Source: Prosthecobacter sp.
GTDB lineage: Bacteria > Verrucomicrobiota > Verrucomicrobiia > Verrucomicrobiales > Verrucomicrobiaceae
Assembly: GCF_044373815.1 (NCBI RefSeq)
Contig: NZ_JBIPNG010000001.1
Coordinates: 1 to 52,411 of the forward strand
Direction: 5' to 3'
DNA: 52,411 nt
In this document: piece after piece, positions 9,300-17,303 of the stretch
How positions within the stretch are numbered: the stretch's first letter is position 1
Layout of the letters: every line of letters begins with the position of its first letter
Notes under the pieces: model-generated
What the model was told of the DNA's origin: nothing
What the model saw: only the letters and a program-made list of their open reading frames with translations
Databases searched by the model: none
Made by a program: the position numbers and the translations under genes

Positions 9300-10220
9300 T
9301 ACGACTCATTACCTTCTGCCTGCTGCTGGCGACATCCCTTCACGCAGCGGATGGCAAGCTCATCATCACCTACTTGAACATGCCGAAGCACGGGCTGGCC
9401 GTGGTGGTGCAAAAGCCGGGCGGCAGGACATGGATGATCGACACCGGGCGGCAGGACATGGATGATCGACACCGGGCCGCAGTCCGACACGTATGATGCC
9501 GGACGCGACACCATTGAGCCCTTTCTCAAAGCACGGGGAATCACGCAGCTCGACGGCATCGCGATCAGCCATCCGCATGGCGACCATTATGGCGGCGCGA
9601 TGTGGCTGCTGGATCACATGCCGGTGAAGACCTTTGTGGACACTGGTTACTCCGCACGCGGCTTCTCGCTGGCCTACAACCGCCTCCGCCAACACGCGCA
9701 GGAACGCGGTGCGAAGTACATCGCCGCCACCGAGGGAGACAAACTCAACTTTGATCCTGCATTGACCGTCGAAGTGCTCTCGCCGCCGAAGACCATGCAC
9801 AACGTCGACACTGATCCTGCCAAGATCACCGAGCACGGACTGCTGAACACAAACTCGCTCTTCCTGCGCATGCAGCATGGTCAAAACGTCATCTTCTTCC
9901 CCGGCGACGCCTACGGCACGGGGCAGCGCTATGTCCTGGAAAAAACTCCGCCGGAGAAATTGAAAGCGGCGGTGGTCACGGCACCGCATCATGGTTTCAA
10001 TACGCATCCCGAATTTGCGGCGGCGACGAAGCCAAAATTTGCCATTGCCTCATGCCTGGATTTTTACGCGGGAAGCGAAGTGCCCTCGCCCGGCGAGAAA
10101 TTGACAAAGCAGTTTGAGCCGCTGGGTACGCAGGTGTTTGTGACCGCGTGGCATGGCAACATTGAGATCACTTCTGATGGTGTCGATGTGACAGCAAAGA
10201 CCGAGCGGAAAGGCAAATGA
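9296..10220 (+). pseudogene. Secreted ComEC/Rec2-like metallo-beta-lactamase-fold hydrolase, frameshifted by a 28-bp duplication
   Basis: Two ORF pieces (9296-9496, 9462-10220) join into one 298-aa protein if one repeat copy is removed: signal peptide, MIDTG, SHPHGDHYGG (HxHxDH), PGD, APHHG. Confidence 0.8.
9421..9476. repeat. Exact 28-bp tandem duplication
   Basis: CGGCAGGACATGGATGATCGACACCGGG x2, with CCGGGC microhomology at the junctions. Confidence 0.95.
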
Positions 10221-10224
10221 CGCG

Positions 10225-11664
10225 TTACGTCAGCCCGCCAATCGGCGAGCCCATGTACAGCGTGTGCGGGCGGCCTGTGAAGTCTTTCCAGATCGTTTCG
10301 CGTGGCAGGCCCAGAGCCTCGTAGATCGTCGCAGCGAGATTTTCAGGCGTCTGCGCATCGCTGGCGGGATAGCCGCCGATTTTGTCGGTGGAGCCGATGA
10401 CGCGACCACCTTTGATGCCACCGCCGGCAAGAAGAATGCTTTGTGCGTGGCCCCAGTGATCACGACCCGGCAGAGCGGTGGCGGAGATGCTTTTGATTTT
10501 AGGCGTGCGGCCAAACTCGCCGCCCATGATGATGAGGGTCTCATCGAGCTGCCCGCTAGCGTCGAGATCTTCGAGCAAGGCGCTCACGGCCAGATCCATC
10601 GGCGGGAGCAGGTAGTTTTTCAGATTTCCCCAAGCGGCCTGATGAGTGTCCCAGGTCTCGCTGTTGCCGAGATTCACCTGCACCATGCGCACGCCACTTT
10701 CCACAAGCCTGCGGGCCATGAGCAGCGACCAGCCAAAGCTGTTACGACCGTAGCGGTCGAGCATTTTGGGATCCACTTTTTCCAGACTGAATGCATCATG
10801 AACCTTGCGATTGCTCAGCAGGCCGATGGCCGCCTGCCGGGTGGAATCAAAGGCTTCATCACCCGCCAGCGCGGTGAGATCATTGGTTTGCTGCTCCAAG
10901 GCATTGCGGAGTGAAACGCGGTCCATCACGCGATCCATCGTGAGCCCCTGCGGCAGCGAGAGATGCGGGGCCTGAAAGCGCAGGGTGGTGTCCGTTTCAA
11001 AACCGCGCTCATGATGGAACAGGTAGTTTGGAAACGCGCCGTAGTGCTTCGGATGGTAGGGAGACATCTCCAAAAACCATGGGTCATGCTGCGCGCCAAG
11101 CGTGCCTGCGAACTGCCCGGCTAGCGTGCGGCCTTCGCGATGCACGAGTTTCTCCGGCAGCACAATGGCAGGCGGCAGATTGTCTTTGCGCTTTGGCAGC
11201 AATGCCGTGGCCAGCGCCGCCATGCTGGGATGATCGGACTTCTTCGGCTTCGATGGATCGAACCCCAGCGGCGCATCACTGCGGCCGGTGAGCATGATGT
11301 GATGGCCCAGCGAGTGATCACTGCTGCCATGGGTAAGCGAACGCACCAGCGACCACTTTTCCGAGATGCGCGCGAGATTGGGCAGGTGCTCGCAGATGTG
11401 CAGTCCTGGCGTACGCGTGCGGATGGGTTTGAACTCGCCCCGGATTTCCATGGGGGCATCCGGCTTCATGTCGAAGCTCTCATGCTGGGCGAGTCCGCCT
11501 GAAAGAAAGATGTAGATCACGGACTTTGCCCGTGGCGGTTGCGTGGCCGCCGTCATCGCCTGGAGCGCGCTGAGATGATTCATGCCGAGGCCAAGCAAAC
11601 CCACCGCCCCGGCCTGAATCACTTCACGGCGGGAAACGGGATGTGCTGGATGCGGAAAAGACAT
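10225..11664 (-). CDS. DUF1501 domain protein, paralog 2
   Basis: VSRREVIQAG; SGGLAQHESFDMKP; ARRLVESGV; WDTH; GGEFGRTP; GRDHW; start set at ATG 11664. Confidence 0.9.
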   Translation of the reverse strand: MSFPHPAHPVSRREVIQAGAVGLLGLGMNHLSALQAMTAATQPPRAKSVIYIFLSGGLAQHESFDMKPDAPMEIRGEFKPIRTRTPGLHICEHLPNLARISEKWSLVRSLTHGSSDHSLGHHIMLTGRSDAPLGFDPSKPKKSDHPSMAALATALLPKRKDNLPPAIVLPEKLVHREGRTLAGQFAGTLGAQHDPWFLEMSPYHPKHYGAFPNYLFHHERGFETDTTLRFQAPHLSLPQGLTMDRVMDRVSLRNALEQQTNDLTALAGDEAFDSTRQAAIGLLSNRKVHDAFSLEKVDPKMLDRYGRNSFGWSLLMARRLVESGVRMVQVNLGNSETWDTHQAAWGNLKNYLLPPMDLAVSALLEDLDASGQLDETLIIMGGEFGRTPKIKSISATALPGRDHWGHAQSILLAGGGIKGGRVIGSTDKIGGYPASDAQTPENLAATIYEALGLPRETIWKDFTGRPHTLYMGSPIGGLT

Positions 11665-11675
11665 GCGTATGGAAA

Positions 11676-11698
11676 TACGCCTTCTGCCGCCAAGACTT
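11676..11698 (-). promoter_or_regulatory. Putative alternative-sigma promoter AAG-N16-CGTA
   Basis: Minus strand GAAAG tcttggcggcagaagg CGTA, 11 nt before the ATG; overlapped by the inverted repeat GCGTAT-GGAA-ATACGC (11665-11680). Confidence 0.5.
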
Positions 11699-11708
11699 TC
11701 CAAACGAA

Positions 11709-11891
11709 CTACTTCCGGTTCCAAGCACCCAGCTTGATCGTATGATCAGCGGTTGCAGGATCTGCAGCGGACTTCTGACGCAATATCTTGGTCACCACAA
11801 TCGCGCCATCCTGCATCACCACACGCAGATCAGCTTCATCCCCTTCTTTGAGGACCAAGCCTTCTGGAATGGTGGTTTTGATCGGATACAT
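11709..11891 (-). CDS. Small hypothetical protein, weakly AbrB/MazE-like (possible antitoxin remnant)
   Basis: TTIPEGLVLKEGDEADLRVVMQDGAIVVTK resembles the AbrB pattern; fills the gap between two DUF1501 genes; no toxin partner. Confidence 0.35.
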   Translation of the reverse strand: MYPIKTTIPEGLVLKEGDEADLRVVMQDGAIVVTKILRQKSAADPATADHTIKLGAWNRK

Positions 11892-11938
11892 GGCAACCTA
11901 TAATGCCTGAAGGGGGCATGGGCAAGGCGCGTTCCGCC

Positions 11939-13300
11939 TCAAATCAGCTCCGGCATGGGCTGCCAGCCATCGACCAGATACTGCGGACGGCCGGTCAAAT
12001 CGTTGAGTGTGGTCTTCACGGTGTCGATGCCCATGTGCTTGTAGAGCGTGGCAAAGACTTCGCCGAAATGGACGGGGCGTTCGGTGGGTTCGCCGCCGAG
12101 CCGGTCCGTGGCACCGATGACCTGACCTGTGCGCATACCGCCACCCGCAAGCAAAGCACCGCCGACACGAGGCCAGTGGTCGCGCCCCCCCTCTTTGTTC
12201 ACCATCGGCGTGCGGCCAAACTCACCCCAGGCGACAACAGCGACGTCTTTGTCGAGGCCGCGCTGATGGAGATCTTCCACGAGAGCGCTCATGCCTTGAT
12301 CGAAAAGCGGCAGATGGCGCAGGAGCTGCGGGTAATTGTTGTCGTGGAAGTCCCAGCGGCCGAAATTCAGCGTCACCACACGGGCACCGGCTTCGACGAG
12401 ACGGCGGGCCAGCAGGAAGTGCTCGAGATTCATCGGAGCGCCGTCGCCGTAGTTCCTCGGGTCGCCTTTGCCGTAGCGTTCACGGGTTTTGAGGCTCTCC
12501 TGGTTCAAATCGAGCGCGGTGAGCAGCTTGCTGGATGTCAGTACATTCAGGGCCTGCTGATTGAAGGCGTCCATGCTGCCGACGAGGCCGCTGGCGTCGA
12601 TCTCGCGGCGGAATTTGTCAAAGCCGGTGAGCAGTGAGCGGCGGTCTTCGAGACGGTCAAGCGTGATGCCATTGAGTTGGAGATCTTCCATGCCCGCGCC
12701 GTTCGGACGGAAGGCGGCATGCGTGTTGCCGCAGAAGCCCGGATGTCCTGGCGAGCCATAGGGAGGATGACCGGCCTTGGGAGCGAGGCCGATGAAGGCG
12801 GGCATGGCAGGATCCGCCTGGCCTTTGAGCTTGGAAACGACGGAACCGATGGAGGGCGGATCGGAAAGGCGGCCCACAGGGGCACCGCCACCGTTCGGCG
12901 GGGGTGGCTTGCCGGTGTAGCAGATGAAGCTGTCGTGCGCGCCGTTTGGAGAGCCGTACATGCTGCGGATCGGCACCAGCTTGTCCATGATCTTGGCGAG
13001 ACGCGGCGCGTGCTCGGAGATGTGGATGCCGGGGACAGCGGTCTTGATCGGTTTATAGGGGCCGCGAATCTCCAGCGGCGCGTCCATCTTCAAATCATAC
13101 ATGTCCTGGTGCGGCGGTGCGCCACACATGTAGATCATGATCACGGATTTAAAGCTGCGGCCCGTGCGCGCCTCGGCCTCGGCCTTCAGCAATTCCGGCA
13201 ACGACAGCCCGCCCATGGCGAGGCCGCCGATGCGCAGGAAGTCGCGACGCGAGACGCCGTCGCAGAACTTGCCGTGGGATTTGCCGGAAATGGTGAGCAT
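11939..13300 (-). CDS. DUF1501 domain protein, paralog 3
   Basis: CDGVSRRDFLRIGG; CGAPPHQDMYDLK; ARRLVEAGARVV; WDFH; WGEFGRTP; GRDHW; clearly similar to paralog 1; start set at ATG 13300. Confidence 0.9.
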   Translation of the reverse strand: MLTISGKSHGKFCDGVSRRDFLRIGGLAMGGLSLPELLKAEAEARTGRSFKSVIMIYMCGAPPHQDMYDLKMDAPLEIRGPYKPIKTAVPGIHISEHAPRLAKIMDKLVPIRSMYGSPNGAHDSFICYTGKPPPPNGGGAPVGRLSDPPSIGSVVSKLKGQADPAMPAFIGLAPKAGHPPYGSPGHPGFCGNTHAAFRPNGAGMEDLQLNGITLDRLEDRRSLLTGFDKFRREIDASGLVGSMDAFNQQALNVLTSSKLLTALDLNQESLKTRERYGKGDPRNYGDGAPMNLEHFLLARRLVEAGARVVTLNFGRWDFHDNNYPQLLRHLPLFDQGMSALVEDLHQRGLDKDVAVVAWGEFGRTPMVNKEGGRDHWPRVGGALLAGGGMRTGQVIGATDRLGGEPTERPVHFGEVFATLYKHMGIDTVKTTLNDLTGRPQYLVDGWQPMPELI

Positions 13301-13364
13301 GAGTATGCCAAAATAAGCACTCAATGTGCCGGAACTATCATCAAAACGACGTTATGTGCCGGTC

Positions 13365-14375
13365 ATGCTTCGCCCGCTGCTCTGTCTCATGTCCCTCACT
13401 TTGACCGCCTCCGCCGCCGATTTGCAATGGTCGCCGCTGCCTGCTCTGCCCGATGCACGAGGGTTCGCCGGTTCGTTTGCCGGGGTGGTGGATGGCACGC
13501 TCATGGTCGCCGGAGGCACGCATTTCATCGACAAAATGCCGTGGGAAGGCGGCACGAAGGTCTGGTATGACACACTCTTCGCGCTGGAGAAACCTGACGG
13601 AGCCTGGCGGGTGGTGGGAAAACTGCCCAAACTCAATGGCTACGGGGTGAGCATCACGACTCCCGCCGGCTGGATCGTCCTCGGCGGTGGCAATGCCACC
13701 GAGCATTTCCGCGAGGTGTTCTGGGTGCAAAAAGCTGGCCAACTGCCGCCGCTGCCAAAGCCCTGCGCCTTTATGTGCGGGTGCGAATCCGATGGGGTCA
13801 TCTACATATCTGGGGGCATCGAAACACCGGCGGCCACCACCGCCCTGAGCACCTTTTGGTCGCTCGATTTGAAACAATCCGATGCAAAATGGCAGGAACT
13901 CCCCCACTGCCCCGGCAAACCACGCATCCTGGCATGCATGGCTGCCGTGAATGGCGTGGTGCACTTGTTCAGTGGCGCGGCATTGCACGCGGGAAAGGAT
14001 GGCAAACCTGAGCGCGAATGGCTGAACAATGCGTGGGCCTACGAACCGGCCACAGGATGGAAAAAACTGCCTGATATGCCCCGCGTGGCCGTGGCGGCTC
14101 CGAATCCGGCTCCCGTGATCGATGGCAAGATCTACATTCTGGGCGGTGACGACGGAGCGAATGTGAACTTTGAACCCAAGGAAAAGCATCCGGGCTTCCC
14201 ACGGTCGGTTCTAGTCTTTGACGTGAAAACGCAGACTTGGAGCCAGGCGGGCGAGGTGCCTTTTTCTCTCGTCACGACCAATGCCGTGCGCTGGCAGGAC
14301 CAAATCGTGATCCCCGGCGGTGAGGCACGGCCGGGCGTCCGATCGCCCCAGGTCTGGATTGGAACGATCAAGTGA
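13365..14375 (+). CDS. Secreted Kelch-repeat protein, NanM-like (N-acetylneuraminate epimerase/mutarotase family)
   Basis: Signal peptide; WSPLPALP, GFAGSFAG, VAGGTHF..PWEGGTKVWYD, repeated GG...W Kelch units, GGEARPGVRS. Confidence 0.75.
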   Translation: MLRPLLCLMSLTLTASAADLQWSPLPALPDARGFAGSFAGVVDGTLMVAGGTHFIDKMPWEGGTKVWYDTLFALEKPDGAWRVVGKLPKLNGYGVSITTPAGWIVLGGGNATEHFREVFWVQKAGQLPPLPKPCAFMCGCESDGVIYISGGIETPAATTALSTFWSLDLKQSDAKWQELPHCPGKPRILACMAAVNGVVHLFSGAALHAGKDGKPEREWLNNAWAYEPATGWKKLPDMPRVAVAAPNPAPVIDGKIYILGGDDGANVNFEPKEKHPGFPRSVLVFDVKTQTWSQAGEVPFSLVTTNAVRWQDQIVIPGGEARPGVRSPQVWIGTIK

Positions 14376-14411
14376 CTTGCAACTCCTCCCTGCGGACGCC
14401 AATGCTTCACG

Positions 14412-15140
14412 ATGAGTCGTAGCATCCTGATTACCGGCGCGAATGGGGCGCTGGGCCTTGCCACCGCCGAATTCTTCCTGACACGGGAAGAGGACTGCCG
14501 TGTGTTTCTTGGTGTGCGCGAGCGGCGGGAGCGGGCGCAGGAGCTTGTGGCGCGATTCCCGGGCCGTGCGGATTTGATCACGCTCGAAATCACCTCTCCA
14601 GACGAATGGAAGACTGCACTGGCCGAAATCGAGGCCCAGGCAGCACCGGTGAGCGTCCTGATCAATAACGCGGGCTTTCATGAGGACGCGCTGCTGGCCA
14701 ACATGGCGCAGGATCAGTGGTCGCGTGTTTTGGATGCCAATCTGAACGCCGTCTTCCACGGCTGCCAGGCGGTTTTGCCCGGGATGATGCGGGAGCGGCA
14801 GGGGCGGATCGTGAACATCGCCTCGCTCAGCGCCATTTCTTCACCGGCGGGACAAACCAATTACGCCGCCGCCAAGGCCGGAGTGATAGGTCTGACACAA
14901 AGTCTGGCCAAGGAATCTGCCCGCATGGGCATCACCGTGAATGTGATCTGCCCCGGCTATATTGAAGGGGGTCTGCCGTCCGAATGGACCCCGGAGCACC
15001 TCAAAGCACTCAAAATGCAGCTCCCGATGCGGCGTTTCGCCAAGCCGGCGGAGATTGCGGCTGCGGTTTTCTTCCTTGCGAGCCCGGATGCGAGCTATAT
15101 CACTGGTTCGACCCTAAAAATTGACGGAGGCCTCCTTTAG
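14412..15140 (+). CDS. fabG: 3-oxoacyl-ACP reductase-like SDR
   Basis: TGANGALG, NNAG, GQTNYAAAKAG (YxxxK), PGYI, YITGSTLKIDGG; followed by an ACP gene. Confidence 0.8.
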   Translation: MSRSILITGANGALGLATAEFFLTREEDCRVFLGVRERRERAQELVARFPGRADLITLEITSPDEWKTALAEIEAQAAPVSVLINNAGFHEDALLANMAQDQWSRVLDANLNAVFHGCQAVLPGMMRERQGRIVNIASLSAISSPAGQTNYAAAKAGVIGLTQSLAKESARMGITVNVICPGYIEGGLPSEWTPEHLKALKMQLPMRRFAKPAEIAAAVFFLASPDASYITGSTLKIDGGLL

Positions 15141-15175
15141 CCTACCCTCTGGACCCTACGAAACGTATCCCCTAC

Positions 15176-15430
15176 ATGCCGACCCGCCAGCGCCTCAAGG
15201 AACTAATGATCAGCGAACTCATGCTCGACATGGCCGCAGATGAAATCGGCGATGACACCCCTCTCTTTGGACCCGCAGGCATCGGCCTCGATTCCGTGGA
15301 CGCCCTTCAGCTTGTGGTGATGATCGAAAAACACTTTGGCTTCAAAATGGCCGATCAGGATCAGGCAAAGCGCATTCTGCAAAATGTGAACTCGATCGCT
15401 GAGGCCGTGGACCAGAAGGCGGCAGCGTGA
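15176..15430 (+). CDS. Acyl carrier protein
   Basis: 84 aa, acidic, LFGPAGIGLDSVDALQL phosphopantetheine site. Confidence 0.9.
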   Translation: MPTRQRLKELMISELMLDMAADEIGDDTPLFGPAGIGLDSVDALQLVVMIEKHFGFKMADQDQAKRILQNVNSIAEAVDQKAAA

Positions 15431-15453
15431 CTTCCCTGCCCTAGCCCTGCGTT

Positions 15454-16464
15454 TTGAAACGCCTCATCTCCATCTCCCTGCGTCTGCTCATCAGCGGAGT
15501 GCTGCTTGCGCTGCTGTTTCGGGAGCATGATCTCATCGCTGACATCGTTCCGCGTCTGCGTGCCCTGCTGACGAACTGGCCCTGGATGCTTGCCGGGATC
15601 TCCTTTGCGTTTTTCTCGCTGTTTCTGGCCGCCCTGCGCTGGCACATCATTCTGCGCGGTCAGGTGCCGGATCTGCCGTTCCATGTTGTGCTCTCCACGG
15701 AAATCGTCAGCGCCTTCTTCAACATCAGTTCCGTCGGCGTGGTGGGTGGCGACACTTACAAGATCATGTCACTTTCCCGGCGTCTGCCCGGACAGACGAT
15801 GCCGGTGAGTGTGTCGCTCGTGCTGGATCATCTCACGGGTCTTATCTCCGTGGCCGCCTTGTTCGCGATCTGCATGCTGACGAGGGCCTCTCACTGGAAT
15901 GAAATCGGCCATGATTTGCGCATGCTGATCACGGGTTATGCCATGTATGTCGGCGGGGCGCTTGTGTGCTTGGTGATCAGCTGGCTTTCCTTCAAACCCA
16001 GCCTGCTGGCCTGGGGACGGCGCGCGTTTCCCCGCACCATGGGAAATCCCAGGCTGGCCGGACTCATCGCACGTCTTTCGCGAATTCATGATGTCGCTGC
16101 CCGGCTCTGGCAGCGCACCCTTTCGGCTTCGGTTGTTTCCACCGGCATGCATGCGGCTTTTTTCATGAGCTTTTATTGCGGCCTGCGTGCGGTGGGCGGC
16201 GCGGCACCTGTGCTCGACGTGCTCACGGCCATGCCGATCGTCGATGCAGCGGCCTCACTGCCGGTTTCCATCTCGGGGCTGGGCGTACGTGAGCGCACCT
16301 TCGAGGCTCTGCTGGCAGGTCTGGCCAATGTGCCCGTGGCTGTGGGCGTCTCTGCCTCTCTGGCAGGCTGGATCTTCAATCTGTTCTGGGGCATCGTCGG
16401 AGGTGTGATCTTCCTGCGCGCCAAGCATTCCGCCATCATCGCGCCGGAGGCGCAGTGCGCATGA
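15454..16464 (+). CDS. Lysylphosphatidylglycerol synthase TM / flippase-like membrane protein
   Basis: Multiple TM segments; ALRW, FFN...VGGD, DH, LPVSISGLGVRE motifs; TTG start. Confidence 0.8.
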   Translation: MKRLISISLRLLISGVLLALLFREHDLIADIVPRLRALLTNWPWMLAGISFAFFSLFLAALRWHIILRGQVPDLPFHVVLSTEIVSAFFNISSVGVVGGDTYKIMSLSRRLPGQTMPVSVSLVLDHLTGLISVAALFAICMLTRASHWNEIGHDLRMLITGYAMYVGGALVCLVISWLSFKPSLLAWGRRAFPRTMGNPRLAGLIARLSRIHDVAARLWQRTLSASVVSTGMHAAFFMSFYCGLRAVGGAAPVLDVLTAMPIVDAAASLPVSISGLGVRERTFEALLAGLANVPVAVGVSASLAGWIFNLFWGIVGGVIFLRAKHSAIIAPEAQCA

Positions 16465-17303
16465 GTTCACCACCGCGCATCGCCATCTCACTCGGAGCCT
16501 CGTTCATGGGCTATGCCACGCATGCGGGCTTCCTGGCGCGGCTTCATGCGCTGGGGGTGCGTCCGGTGGCCATCTCCGGCTCTTCAGCAGGGGCCATCAC
16601 CGCAGGGCTTTACGCCGCAGGCCTGGAACAGGAAGTCATCCGGCAGGCGGTGCTAAGCCCTCGCCTCCATCTATCCTTTGCCATGCGCACCAAGTGGCTC
16701 TGGCACCAGCTCATCAGCAGCTTCTTTTGTCCTCATCCCGGCTTTTTCGACCCCCGGGGGGCCATCAGTCATTTCGAATCGGTCGTTGGCAAGCGGACTA
16801 TCGAAACTCTGTCGAGCCCCCGATTGCTGATCGCTTTGAGCGATCTGTCAAAACATGAAACCCTCTTCGTTCGCAGCGGGCCACTGGCCACGGCGATGGC
16901 TGCCAGCTCCTGCGTGCCGATGCTCTTCACGCCGCTTGAGTTTGAAAACCGCATGTGCACTGACGGTGGTGTCGCGCATGAATCGCCCATTGATCCCTGG
17001 TTCACGGATGACGACATCGATCACATCATCATTCACCGCATCGACCAGCCGCGTGGGAAGCCGCCGCTGATGCCGCTGTCTCGTCTGATGGCCACCATCG
17101 CCGCGACGCATGCATCGATGAACCGCCAGATTCTGAACGACCGCATTGAACTGGCACGCCTGCACGGCAAAAAGCTCACCATCATCACCACGAACCATTC
17201 GCGCCCTTCGCCATTTTTTCCGGGCAGGCTCAAGCAGTGTTATGAGCTTGGGGATGCCACAGGGCAAAAGCTTTTCGACGCGGAGCTGTCGAGCCACGTC
17301 TGA
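16461..17303 (+). CDS. Patatin-like phospholipase
   Basis: GSSAG nucleophile, ASSCVP, DGG; variant glycine loop LGASFMG; start overlaps the upstream stop. Confidence 0.8.
   Translation: MSSPPRIAISLGASFMGYATHAGFLARLHALGVRPVAISGSSAGAITAGLYAAGLEQEVIRQAVLSPRLHLSFAMRTKWLWHQLISSFFCPHPGFFDPRGAISHFESVVGKRTIETLSSPRLLIALSDLSKHETLFVRSGPLATAMAASSCVPMLFTPLEFENRMCTDGGVAHESPIDPWFTDDDIDHIIIHRIDQPRGKPPLMPLSRLMATIAATHASMNRQILNDRIELARLHGKKLTIITTNHSRPSPFFPGRLKQCYELGDATGQKLFDAELSSHV

Noticed and set aside
9421-9476. 28-bp direct repeats as a mini-CRISPR
   Set aside because: Only two abutting copies, no spacer, inside a coding region, no cas genes.
13324-13362. ATGTGCCGG repeated 30 nt apart in a divergent promoter region
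   Set aside because: Only two short copies and no neighbouring regulator; could be chance.
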